DNA of 64,000 nucleotides from Sphaerodactylus townsendi (GCF_021028975.2 NC_059430.1:94550001-94614000); one strand, 5' to 3'. Counted from the stretch's first letter, positions 39,515-51,330 are shown. Notes: generated from the sequence alone by a model not told the origin. Translations and numbers: made by a program.

Positions 39515-40939
39515 CATGATAATTCCCACAGACTTAAAAAAGCCTATGGACCACTACAGTGACTCCCCTGAGAGCCATTTATCCATGGTTTCGAAACTGC
39601 CATGGATTATCTCATGCTTTAAATATCCCCCTCATCTGAGAACCCCAACAAGAGTCCAGCCCACATCATCAACTCTCTCACATTAAAAAAAATATTCCCC
39701 CAGATATAACATAAATCACAAGAAAAGATGTAGAACAAGAGGTAAGCTTAAGGAGAATTGCCCAACCCTGTGCACACAAGCTGCGGAATAGATATGAAAT
39801 TGGGAATCTCTTAATGGAAAGCAATATTTGCAGGGAATGGAAGAACAAAGAAGTTTCAAGACAAGTGAACTTTTGGCCCCTGAAAATATATAATATGGTG
39901 ACTGGAAGAGGAGTGATGCAGAGACTCAAACGAGAAGATCAGCACAAGAGAAAAAGTGAAGTACTGACATTCTGAAAAGAGCCAAGAAAATGAAAGATGT
40001 TAGAAAAGATATAGGAGATTTTGGAGAAAAGGGAAGAAGAACAAAATTGGGGAAAGTGTTCTCCTAAAAACAACTGGGGGAGTTGGATCAAACCTGAGGT
40101 GATAAAGTGGAATATTTTAAACAAATACATACATAAGGAGGGGGCTAGTGGATGGATCTGGCAATCTGCAGCAGTGTCAATGAATACACTCAGGAGAAAC
40201 AGAGCTGCCATCATAGGTTGCCAATGGATAGAAAAAAAGGGGGGGTGAGAGGCATGGTTAGTGGGGAACAGTTGTCTCTGTGTGTGGGGCGGGGGGAACC
40301 AACTGTGATACACAGGTTTATGGTAAACTGTCTAGACGTTGAGAAAGAGAGAACGTCAGGCTTCCAGAGGACCATTAATACAGAAGCTGTAGCCACAGGA
40401 ATGGGAGTTTCCAAGGAAGGCCTAGAGGCACTGTGGTGTTGGGGGAGAACTTGAGGAGCCAGACTAGCAGGAAGAAAACCCACTGCACTTAGGCAAGAGA
40501 TCTGTCAGGAAGAAAACCATTATGTGGTACATTTTAAGAGGAGGGTTGGGGGCACCCAAACTGATTCTTGAGAACCATCTGTGCAGAGGGGTATTAGAGG
40601 AAACTTACTCAAGTATTGTCTATACGGGGAAGGATTATTTTAAGAATGCCAAAGGGGGGGGGGAATTGGGTCTGAGAGGAGAATAGGGGGAGGATACTGA
40701 ACGTACACATAGACTTTATACACTCAGAGAGAAAGAAGTATTTTGGGGGTGCTAAGAGGAGGAATCTCTGAGAAGAGTGCATGTGTGTTCCGGGGTGGGG
40801 GGTCCCCATGAAGCACCTATTGTGGGGGGTAGGGGTACGAAAGAGAGGCCTTCGGAAAGGGCAAGTCTGGTGGGGCTATTTGGGGTCGGGGTCGTTCCTC
40901 AGTGCCTGACAGAAGAATTAGAGTGTATTTATTGGAGGG

Positions 40940-42340
40940 GGGGCGGAGAAGTGACACTCTGGCGGAGCGGCCTGAGGGTACGGAGCAGACGGCGTCTACA
41001 TATCGAGGCGGGTCCGTGAGGTGAATCTGCGGGGAAGAAAAGCGACGCAGCGGTCGACAATGGGCGGGAAGGAAGCGGCGTGTGAGGAGGGGGCCGCGGC
41101 GGCGTGTCAGCGGCAGAGGGAGGCCTGTGGAGACAATGGGGGAGACGAAGCCCCGCCAGATTCGCGGGATGCGAGCGAGGCCAGACTCGACAGAGCCGCC
41201 GTCGCAGCGAAGGGGATGCTGAGGGAAGGGGCCACGGCCGCCGCTTCCCCCTCCCCTCCGCCAGGCCGAGGCAGGTGCGGGCCCTCCTTACCTGCCATAG
41301 ATGCCTTCGGTGATGCGGTTCCGCTTCAGCGGCCGCCGGAGTTTGCTGCAGTCGGCGCTCCGGCGCTTCATCCTTCCCGGCCCGGCCGCTCTCTCGGCTT
41401 CTGCCCCGCCCGGGTCACGGAGACAACATCCGAACGCGGCCGGGCTGCCCGCGCGGAGAACAGGCGAGGCGCTTATTAGGGTGGCTGCCCTTTTTTTTTC
41501 CTTTGGCAGGCTGGCTGTTGTTGCTTGTTTTGCCCCCCCCCCCTTTTTTTTTGGTTCTGTTTTTCTCTTTTTCCTCCTCGCCTTTTTTTTTTGTGGCCCC
41601 CCGCCTAGGAAACAAAGAAATAAAAAATAATTTCAAGATGCGTCCCTCCCCGCCGCCGCGTCCCCGCGCGCAGCCTCCGCGCCCTGCTCCGCCTCCTTTC
41701 AAGAGACGAGCCAATGGGCTGGAGGGAAAATAGGAGGTCGACGGGCGAGCGAATCAATCAATTCTGAGGAAAGGGAAGAGAGGCGGACCGAAGAGCCAAT
41801 GAAGGGGTCGGCTTCTGTCGTCCCGCCTTTTGGGAGGAGGGCAAAAGTCTCCTTCTGCCCTGCCCATACCCGCGAGCGGCGTTTGCGGCGACCCGTCGGA
41901 GTAAAGAATTGGTGAACTGATCGCCGAGAAGTCCAGTAGCTGACTAGGGATTCGAAGATGGGTGGAACAGGCTAACTATTCCCCAATGGAAGAAAAGGGA
42001 AGAGTAGGGTTTGGGGGTGGGGTTCTGCTGTATCCCACCCTTTGGTTTGACATTAGAGGATGGTCCTAAGTTTGATTGAAGGAACGGCGCGCCAATAAAC
42101 TCTGAGCAAAGAGCTATCGAAATCTTAGATCCGAGGGATGGTAAGCCAGTTTGCATTGTAACCCAGCTTTGTCATGTGCCCGCCTTCAAATGTGACTGAT
42201 ACGGAATGTATCCAATGGAGATCAGGCTGTGAGAAGCACGGCAACAAAAGGAAACCAATAGCAAATTGGAAAAAAGGGGTAGCTTGGAAGTACAGCCAAA
42301 TAAAGCGACATGGGAAACAGCCCTCTAGCCAATCAGTTTT
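40940..42340. promoter_or_regulatory. CpG island / MACO1 promoter with GC boxes and multiple CCAAT boxes
   Basis: High CpG density ~40940-41950 against a CpG-poor background. CCAAT at 41711, 41796, 41983, 42092, 42212, 42255, 42329 and ATTGG at 41908. GC-box-like CCGCC/GGCGG motifs 41640-41830. Confidence 0.85.
41292..41371 (-). CDS. MACO1: Macoilin (MACO1/TMEM57) coding exon 1, MKRRSADCSKLRRPLKRNRITEGIYG(S)
   Basis: ATG at 41371 (minus), 80 nt, ends AG|GTAAG. The peptide matches the macoilin N-terminus. Lies in a CpG island. Confidence 0.97.
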
Positions 42341-42814
42341 CTGTATTCATTTGGTAGGGTAGAAACTGGTGTTCCTATGGCCAGAGGCCAGGCTTTGCTC
42401 TAATAGGGCCAGTGTTGCCTGAATAAATATTTTGGCAGCTACCAAAACACTTTAACGCCCTAAATCTGAGCACTTTTTTTGTAAGTAAGTTCCATTGGCT
42501 TGAATGGAACCTGATGTGCATATGTGCCCATGGAGAGTGTGAATCTGTCTTTTCTGGGTTATTTTTGGCTTCTGCCATTATTTTTATTTGACATTTGTTA
42601 TTTTTATAAGTTGGTTTTTAGGCTGACTTTATCTTGCAAGCTGTGTTGGGAGCAGCATGCTTAGAGATAGTATACAGTCTTTTAAATAAAAACAAGTGAA
42701 AACCCACCATAGTCTGACAGCCCAGTTCTGTATGTGATATGAACATGAGTTTTTGCATAAAACAAATTGTGTTATGATTCTTTGTTGTTTGTCAGGCTCA
42801 ACTTATTTTTTCAT

Positions 42815-43560
42815 TTGTTCCATTTATACCCTGCCCTACACCGAAGTCCCAGGGCGGCTTACATAATGAGGTGACAGCCCATTAAAACATTACAATCCTA
42901 AAAACAGTAAACATTAAAAACCACCATTAAAACATCCTTTAAAAACAGTCAATAAAAACATCGTAATAATCCCCATCCCTCCCCCCCCTTTCAGCTAGCA
43001 TCAATATGGGGGAACCTGGACACCCCCACTGAAAATGCTCAACCGTGGCATCCAGGCCCCTGCAGATCTGGGCAACTTTATCCTGAAAGTGCCCTGCAAA
43101 AATGTCACAACAGATCTCCAAAGGTGTTCCAGCCCCTATCCCCGATTGGTGGATAGCAAGCCATTCACCACTAGAACAGTTCTGCTGGACGACTACTTGA
43201 GGATGCGATGATGGAGAATTAGCCTCCCTCACCACCACCTGATAGGCCAGAAAATGGGCTCTATGCCACCACTGGCTCTAACCAGTGTTTGGTCAGTCCT
43301 GCAGCGGAATTTCAACCACCTGCGCTCTAGCCGTCGCCCCTCCTGTTTCATTACCCACAAATCCCCATTGAACCAAGGGGCTCAACAGCCTCTACAGATT
43401 GGGCAGGGATGCTCAGGAGTGAAACCAGGGCCTCGACAGGAGCCTAGAAATTCCCCAGAGCTCTCAGGAATCCATCAGGCACCATTCTTCTCGAGGGACG
43501 AGCCATTGTAATAGGGCCCTCACCCCTGCGGTGGGAAGGAGCAGCCAGCAGTCCAAACTT
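42815..43560 (-). mobile_element. L2-like LINE fragment (ORF2 piece joined to 3' tail)
   Basis: Minus peptide CDIFAGHFQDKVAQICRGLD (ORF2 linker-like) and tail ATTTATACCCTGCCCT...GGGCGGCTTAC. Confidence 0.65.
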
Positions 43561-43904
43561 ATGGAAGAAACGTCAAAGTTATATACTATCTTTGTCTTGT
43601 ACATACAACAAACTGTGTTGTTCTAAGAAGAACTACACCCCTTCTAAGTCAATTAAAACAGATTAATTTAAGAGGGTGTGACTACTTAGTGTAGCGCTAA
43701 AAGAGTTGTGTGGCACCTTAAAGACGGATGAAAAAACCAAAGCATTTGTCAGCAGGAGCTGACTGTCAGACACTTTTACTTTCAAAACTTTTCAAATACT
43801 TTATTTTGTTACAATTTCTGCAATAGCCCTGTAAGGTAAATAAGCATGACTCTGAAACTGAGACTAGATGGCTTGTCCAAGGTCAGGTCTCCAAATTAGT
43901 TATT

Positions 43905-44044
43905 GGCTGATTCTGCATGGGCCAAAAACAGCAGTGTGAAAACGGTGTGAAAACGGTGTAAAAGGGTTTAAAATAGTGTAAAAGGGTTTATACTGTTTTC
44001 ACATCATTTTCACACCGCTGTTTTTGGCCCATGCGGAATCAGCC
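43905..44044. mobile_element. Palindromic PIF/Harbinger-like MITE
   Basis: TIRs GGCTGATTCTGCATGGGCCAAAAACAGC / GCTGTTTTTGGCCCATGCGGAATCAGCC; 3-bp TSD ATT. Confidence 0.85.
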
Positions 44045-44148
44045 ATTGCCACAGTGAACCATTCCATCTGAGGAGGAGCCAATACATGCAGTGGAAGTGG
44101 AGCAGCCTTGTCCAGGGCGTGTTTATTGGAAAGCCAGTCCCACTATAG

Positions 44149-44296
44149 CAGGGGTAGGGAACCTGTGGCTCTCCAGATGTTCAGGAACTACAATTCCCAT
44201 CAGCCCCTACCAGCATGGCCAATTGGCCATGCTGACAGAGGCTGATGGGAATTGTAGTTCCTGAACATCTGGAGAGCCGCAGGTTCCCTACCCCTG
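44149..44296. mobile_element. Near-perfect 148-bp palindromic hAT MITE
   Basis: Perfect TSD CACTATAG (44141-44148, 44297-44304); symmetric about GGCCAATTGGCC. Confidence 0.92.
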
Positions 44297-45384
44297 CACT
44301 ATAGTAACTGGTGGTTTCTCCCAAATAAACATGCATAGGATTGCAGCTATACAAGACACTCCTAAACATGATTATTCATAAAGTAAAACCCACTGCATTC
44401 AATCGGGCTTACGCCCAGGCAAGTATAATCAGCAATACTATGCACAATGACTTGGGAATAGAGATTTGTGCTCAAGTATCAACTAAATAAAATCCTAACT
44501 GAATCATAGCTACTCTTTAATATACTCAGTGTAACTGGACTAATTGCTAAAAATATTAGAGATCTGTGCAAATTGTTGAAACTGTCAGTTATTTCAGTGC
44601 CACAACATTAACAGGAAGTTTGTCAAGTGATCAGTGAGTGACTCAGATCATTTTATCTGACTGAGGTGTCTTCCAACTACAAGATTTAGCACAATGTCCT
44701 GCTGAAGAGGATCATCATTTGAGGCATTTCTGTGCCTGGTGTTTACATTTTTAGTCATCCTCAAGAATGCAGGCAGTGCTATGTCCCAGCTAAATATCTC
44801 TCTGTTCCCCACATCTCCAGGAGACAAATAGAAACATTTTGCTTGTACCTTTTGGAATGTAGGTAGTACAGCAGAATGGAATGGAGGAAGTGGGGAAGAG
44901 AGGTAAATAATCTTTCCAAATCAAAGATAATATGTGTTTGTGAGTGAGACATAATACAGCAAAGTGCTTGAAGAGGGAGAGGCAAGAGGTAAATTGATTA
45001 ACAGGGCAATCCCATGTGGAGTTAGTTTGGTCTAAGCCCCATGAAATCAATAAGCTGATCTCTGGAATGTCAGGAATGCTCCAGATCCCTCCTGGAGTAA
45101 TCAATTTATTTTAAGCACTGCTGTAAATGTAGGAGCTGCTCCTAGAAAGGAAAACTAACTGGCTACAGCCTTGTGCACCAGTCTTCCCTCCCCTGATTTA
45201 AAAGCCATGAATAATTTTAGTAAATGTATTCCAGGAAAAAAATCTTGCAATTTGTTATCAGCAGCTACTCAGAAGATCCAAGATGTGGAATGGCAAGCAG
45301 TGGTAGATGGAGGTATTTAACATACCTGTTCCTTTGAATGGGAGATGGGAACTTCTCTGTGCAGAGCAAATGCTCTCCCACAGA

Positions 45385-45650
45385 TAGTTGGCAACTCCAG
45401 CTTGGAAAATCCCTGGACATTTGGGAGAGGACAGCATTTGGGGAAGGGAGGGAAGGAACTTAGCAGGGATATGGCACTACAGAGACTATATTCCAAAGCT
45501 GCTGTTCCCTCCAGAAGCATGGATCTCTGTAGTCTAGAGATCAGTTGTAATTCTGAGAGATCTCCAGACTCCGCCTGCTCCCCCACCCCAGGAGATCTCC
45601 AGACTCCAGATCTCCGCCTGCTCCCCCACCCCAGGAGATTGGTAACCATA
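45385..45650 (-). mobile_element. TAGGGTTGCCA-family MITE with internal duplication
   Basis: Homologous to 1540-1733 and 49253-49464; the segment CTCCGCCTGCTCCCCCACCCCAGGAGAT is duplicated. Confidence 0.7.
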
Positions 45651-46672
45651 GTTACTGACCCATGTCACCTGCCTAGCTTCCTTTCAAGGGGTCAGATCCT
45701 TCATTTATTAAGATCAGAACTGTCTAATTGGCTATGACCTGGATGACCCAGGCCAGCCTGATCTTGTAGATTCCCAAAACAAAGCAGTGTTGGCCATGAT
45801 TAGTACTTGAATGGGAGACCATCCATAGAAGGCAATAGCAAACCACCTCTTTTAATCTCTTGCCTTGAAAACCCTACTGGGGCACCACAAGTCAGCTGTG
45901 ACTTAATAGTACTTTCCACACACATACATACTTGACTGACAGAAGCTCTCCAAGGAGCCTGGTAGAGGCTGATTCAGATTCTTTACCTGAAGAAGCTGGG
46001 GATTTCTGTATGTATAGTAGGTGCTGTATGGTGAGTTTTAGGTAGTAGGACCTCAAACTATATCCCCCCCTCCCCCAAGCAATTGGAAATTCAAAAAGTA
46101 AGAAAATTTGATTTAACTCCCTAGGATTCCCTTGGTTAGTGATATTTCCAGGAATTATTTCCAGAACTTGTGAAGTGCTACAAACACCATTCCTTTCACA
46201 TTTTAGAAACTGCTAGATGAGTTGGCAGGTGGCTTTCTTCCCACGTTTGTAGGAAGAATATAATGCACATCAGTTCTTGGTAGTATAGAATTTCAACCCA
46301 AGCAACCCTGTCTTTAGAGTGAATTTTCAACAATGCAAAAGTTTGATGTAGCTCATAAGGTCAGTTTGGCGCTCCAAATTTCCTTTGCTGTGCACAAGTT
46401 TTTTTAAAATATATTAAGTTATTTGGTGGATTTGCCAATTGGTTGAGGAGCCTGCCCCAGTAATTCGTAAACTGTGAGAGAAACCCAACAGTGTGTCAGA
46501 AGAAATAAGTCATTTCAGCAAAGGATGGGCCAATGTACAGGTGAGGCCTGGAGTTCTCTTGGAATTGATCCCCAGATGGCAGAGGTCAAGTTTCCTAATG
46601 AAAATGGCAGCTTCTGATGGTAGACTCTGTGGAATCTCATTCCTGCTGATCATCCTGCCCTTCCCAAACTCC

Positions 46673-46823
46673 GGCCCTTTCTGCACATGCAGAATAATGC
46701 ACTTTCAATCCACTTCCACAATTGTTTGCAAGTGGATTTTGCTGTTCTGCACAGTAAAATCCAGCTGCAATGTGCATTGAAAGTGGATTGAAAGTGCATT
46801 ATTCTGCATGTGCGGAAAGGGCC
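46673..46823. mobile_element. Palindromic Harbinger-like MITE nested in a TAGGGTTGCCA-family remnant
   Basis: TIRs GGCCCTTTCTGCACATGCAGAATAATGCACTTTCAATCCAC and its complement; flanks TCC/TCT. Confidence 0.82.
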
Positions 46824-47469
46824 TCTGTTGTTCCCAGGCTCTGCCCTGCAGCAGGAGGAATATTCCCAGCCTGGAACTGGCAGTCTTGTGAATAACCCGA
46901 AAGTAGTCCTCCTTACACACATACTCTCTCCCTCCCCCCATTTGGCAACACTGTTTCCATTCCAATCTCACTGACCAGTTGCAGAAAGTAGAGTAGGGGG
47001 AAAGTTGATTAGGTCTGTAATATTAATGCAATGGTTTCAGTTCTTGCTATTCAACATCTATGTGAAACTGTTGGGAAAAGTTGTCCAGAGGCTGAATTAA
47101 GGTTCAGTGCAATACATAATTCTGTTTCTCCTTTGGCACCAAATGAACACCAATACACTGTAGCACAATCTGGAAAAGATGGAACTGCAGTTAGTATATT
47201 CCAATCACAGATTGAGGAGTCTGCAGTAAACAGGGACGCTTGGAAGGGATGCACTCTACTGCCTTCATTGAAATTCAAAATCTTTCACTGACGATGGCTG
47301 TCTCCTTTGTCTCTTGAGGGTATCCTCACATTAGGTCCACAACCCTTTCCGTTATTTCTATGACCATGCATTCGCAGTCAAATTGCTCAGTTTAACCAGT
47401 GCCTAAGGTTCACAAAAACGATGACTGGCAGATATAAATTGTGTCATATGGAGGCATTTCCAACAGTTA

Positions 47470-47650
47470 TGGCTGTGATAACCACCTCATTTCAGGCAGA
47501 ACTTATCCTCTGACTGCAGGGCATGGAACAACTTGATAGCTGCAGACACCCATCAAGGCAAGTCAGGCCTTCCTTCCCGCTGTTTCAGATAAGGACTGAG
47601 GAGGCCGCTGCCTGGTGCTAATACCTTCAGGACTTCCTTATCACACTCAG
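47470..47650 (+). promoter_or_regulatory. Erythroid-type GATA cluster, putative RH proximal promoter
   Basis: TGATAA 47476, CTTATC 47502, TGATAG 47534, AGATAAG 47587 and TTATCA 47638 lie within ~170 bp, 110-280 bp upstream of the RH ATG. Confidence 0.75.
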
Positions 47651-47751
47651 ACTTTCTCTGCTACTTTATTTTTCTTTTCATTTGGGGCTGATGAAACGTT
47701 TAAACCAAAGGAAAGATATTAATGCCCACTGGTCTTTTTTTATGCCGCACA

Positions 47752-47884
47752 ATGGGTTCGCAGTACCCTCCAAGTCTTCGAATTCTTCTCTCGGCTCTGA
47801 TTCTCGTGTATGAAATCTCTTTCATCCTCATATTTTATTTCTTTGTTTTATATGATCATCAAAGAAACCTTGATATCTACCCAG
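47752..47884 (+). CDS. RHCE: Rh blood group (Rh30, RHCE/RHD-like) coding exon 1, MGSQYPPSLRILLSALILVYEISFILIFYFFVLYDHQRNLDIYP
   Basis: Resembles the Rh30 N-terminus (MSSKYPRSVR...LFYFFTHYD). G|GTAAGT donor. Head-to-head with MACO1 as human RHCE is. The symbol denotes the single-copy RH orthologue. Confidence 0.9.
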
Positions 47885-48962
47885 GTAAGTCTACAGATGT
47901 ATTTTTACAGGTACCCTGACCTCTATTCACTTCAATTGGTAGTTTGATTTAGTTTAATTAAGAGGGAAAATGTAGTTCAATCAACTCAAGCTTTAGTGGA
48001 TACTAGTATTTTGTGGAGGGTCATTCTGTCAAACAAAGGACTTTCAAGACTCATTGTCATAACTGGAAACTCTGGCTTGTCAGCTTGAAGCTATCTTAAA
48101 CCCTTCAATGTCTCCCTTGGGAGTTCCTGGATATATGCACATTAATTGAATTTTAATTCCTCAAGTAATAGCTACATAATCAGCCAGCTAACATATTTCA
48201 TTCCACCATTTTTGTACAAAAGACATTGGGCTGGATCCTACCAGCTTTTCTAATGAGAACAAAGAGAATACCCCCTCCCCCCCGCGCTGCTTGTCAACCC
48301 CTCAAAAGACTCTGCAGGGGATTCATATATATATGTATGTTTGTTTTACTGTTGTTAATTTTGTAAGCTGTCCTGAGACCTCCGTATAGGACAGGGTGTG
48401 CATCTCAATCAATCAATAAAATAAATAAAAGATCTGAATGGAAAAGCTGGCAAGACTCCAGCACTGAGAATACCTAGTGTTTCGCCAGAGGGGAAATAAC
48501 AGAACCACAGAGTGTTCTGTGAGCAAATAAGCCATCTTGAGCACGTGATAGGAATGAAGCAGGGAGTGCAAAGCTATTACCCTACTTCCACCCCAAACAC
48601 AGCTGTTTGAGAGAGGCAGAGTGGTCTTTAATTCATTCACAGGACAGGAAAACCAGCATCAAATACTGGGCCACCCTTGCATGGCTCAGAGCAGTAGCCT
48701 CATGGATAGATGGGAACCAGGGAGGAGATGAACCATGCAATCCTAAACACAGTTATATACCCTTCTAAGACCACTGACTTCAGTGGATTTAGAAGGATGT
48801 TAATTGTTCTTGGGACTACACTAAACTGTGCTGGGGCAGCGTTGTTGCAAGGATAAAATGAAGGATGTGAGAATGACATAAGCTACTTTGTATTTCTATT
48901 GAGGAGAAAAACAGGGTATGAATAAACAAAACAGTAAAAATTGTAGAATGGTGTTCTATAAG

Positions 48963-49091
48963 TGAACAACTGAATGGGGAAAAGAGAGCTGAGCATTTTC
49001 AAGGTGTATGTTGGCATAAAGTAAAGCCACATGGGGTCATTCCATCTACTCCTTCCTCTTTGGTAGTTTGGTGCCTGCTAGAGAGGGCTTG
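48963..49091 (+). repeat. Left arm of a perfect 129-bp inverted repeat
   Basis: Exact reverse complement of 51331-51459 (checked base by base). Confidence 0.95.
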
Positions 49092-49252
49092 GTAATGATT
49101 AACAGTATCATCCTAAGGAGAATAACACCCTTCTAAATCCATTCACTTATTTGTTATTTTCATGTACAATCTGCCTTGCACAGTGGAACCAAAGGCAGAT
49201 TACAAGTATGGTTGTGTGGGGTCTCCACTGTGTCTTACCACAGGATTAGAAA

Positions 49253-49464
49253 CAGGGTTGCCAACCTCCAGCTGGCAGCTGGATATCTCCCACTATTACA
49301 TCTGATCTCCAGGTGACAGATCAGTTCACCTAGTGAAAATGGCCACTTTGAATGGTAGACTCTGTGGCATTATACCCCTTTGAAGTCCTTCCCCAAACCC
49401 CACTCCTCCCCGGGTCCTCCCCAGAAATCTCCAAGTATTTCTCATCTTGGAGCTAGCAACCCTA
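49253..49464 (+). mobile_element. TAGGGTTGCCA-family hAT-like MITE
   Basis: CAGGGTTGCCAAC...CTAGCAACCCTA termini; TSD ATTAGAAA/GTTAGAAA. Confidence 0.82.
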
Positions 49465-50212
49465 GTTAGAAAGCTCAACTTTGTTAAAGCAAAGCAGATT
49501 TGGATCTGATTGATGCCTAAGTGAAAACCAAACAGGGTTTTTTTTTTAATGGGCAACCCACAATGTGAAGTTCTAAAATGTGCAGCTCAAAAAAATAATC
49601 TTCTGCATTTGTGCCAACAAATCCCTATTTCTGAAGAGTTTCTCCTGTCTGGACCAAGGCTTCTAGATGAAGTGTCAAGGGACTTTAAGCAACACAATAT
49701 GCGCACACACACACAAGGAAAATGAACAGGTATGTTGTTGTGGTGTGAACTATACTTGCATACCACTGGTGCAGTTTTAGGGTTTGTTTAAAAAAATGAC
49801 AACAACTGAGCCCCACAGATCATACCACCTCAACTTCCAGAATGAAAGAAAGGGGAGGGGATAAAAACAGAGAATGTAAATTAACAGTATTTTAAACAAC
49901 ACCATTCTTCCTATCCTGGCCCTTTTTTCTCCTGGGTGACTTGAATAACACATTCCATGACATCATGTCACATGTCCTACTAAGAGAAGAACACCGTATA
50001 TTTTCAGCAATATTGTGCTGACTAGAACTGATCTGGTGCCTGCACCTTGTCTGCTAAGGAGCTCTTCTCCCCAAAACAGAAACAGCTGTACATGATAATG
50101 GCCTGCTTATCACTGGTGCAGGTGGAGCATCTGCTCTGGGCTGATTTTTAAACTAGCTCTTCATGACACCTCCCAAGCCTCTTGGGTGGACTTTGCCATG
50201 TAATTACCACGA

Positions 50213-50440
50213 AGGCATGGTGCAGTGGTTAAGAGTATCAGACTAGAATCTGGGAGACCCTAATTTGAATTCCCACTCTGCTATGGAAGCTTGCTGAGTG
50301 CCGTTGGGCCAGTCATTCTCTCTGTTTAACCTACTTCACAGGGTTGTTGATGGATAAAATGGAAGAGAAGAGGGTGGAGGTGTAAGTTGCTTTGGGTCCC
50401 CATTGGGGAGAAATGCAGGATACAACCACCAAATAAAAAA
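50213..50440 (+). mobile_element. tRNA-head SINE
   Basis: TGGTGCAGTGGTTAAGAG head, CCTACTTCACAGGGTTGTTG core and A-rich tail. Confidence 0.78.
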
Positions 50441-50509
50441 ATAAGCTGTGGGGTACAAAGGAAGACCTGGAGTGGGAAGGCCAGCAGTTCTCCAAGTAAC
50501 CAAAGGTCT

Positions 50510-50764
50510 GGAGCGCTGTGTGGTTTCCGGGCTGTATGGCCGTGTTCTAGTTGCATTTTCTCCTGATGTTTTGCCTGCATCTGTGGCTGGCATCTTCAGA
50601 GGACCTTCAGAGCATCTGTGGCTGGCATCTTCAGATCCTCTAAAGATGCCAGCCACAGATGCAGGCGAAACATGAGGAGAAAATGCTACTAGAACACGGT
50701 CATACAGCCCGGAAACCACACAACACCCCAGTGATTCCAGCTGTGAAAGCCTTCGAAAATACAT
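50510..50764. mobile_element. Fold-back Penelope-like element (inverted pseudo-LTRs)
   Basis: 13-bp TSD TAACCAAAGGTCT (50497-50509, 50765-50777); long inverted arms carrying CTGAAGATGCCAGCCACAGATGCAGGCGAAAC-type motifs. Confidence 0.75.
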
Positions 50765-51330
50765 TAACCAAAGGTCTTTGCTCCTGTAAGATGCTCATAC
50801 AATGTTTTTGTTTCCTCAGAGCCAGTTGGTCAAATAGCTTCCCACTGGTGTGAGGCTTGCAGCTTTGTCCTAATTGCATTGCCTTGGATGTAGGCCCTTT
50901 TTATTTTAAAGGATCTTTTCTGCCTAGTACAGTTTATTCTCTAAAGAGTTTAGGATGCTGTATACATACCTCTTCCGGTCACCATCTTATTCTTCTAACA
51001 ATACTGTAAAGCAGGTAGAAGGAGAGCAGCTGGATTAAGGTCATCCTGTGCGTGACATGGCAAAGCGAGAATTCGAACCCGAGTCTCTCAAATTTTACCC
51101 CAATATTGCACTTAATCATTAGTTGCCCTGGTGGCCCTCACAGGGGGAAAGGTCGGCACACAAATTCTGTAAATAAACAGTACAAATTCTGTAAATAAAT
51201 AGTACACTAATTTTGAATGGTGAGAAGTTTCAAGGGGCAGTGCCACCAAGCTTAGCTTCATTTTGATGAGAGAGCAGTGGAGTGTCCTTGAAATATGTAT
51301 TTTGTAAAAACAGAGCATAGTGGAAACAAA

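Noticed and set aside
40777-41733. Several long overlapping ORFs (up to 152 aa) in the CpG island
   Set aside because: Expected from stop-codon depletion in GC-rich DNA. Only the 80-nt minus-strand MACO1 exon has homology and a splice donor.
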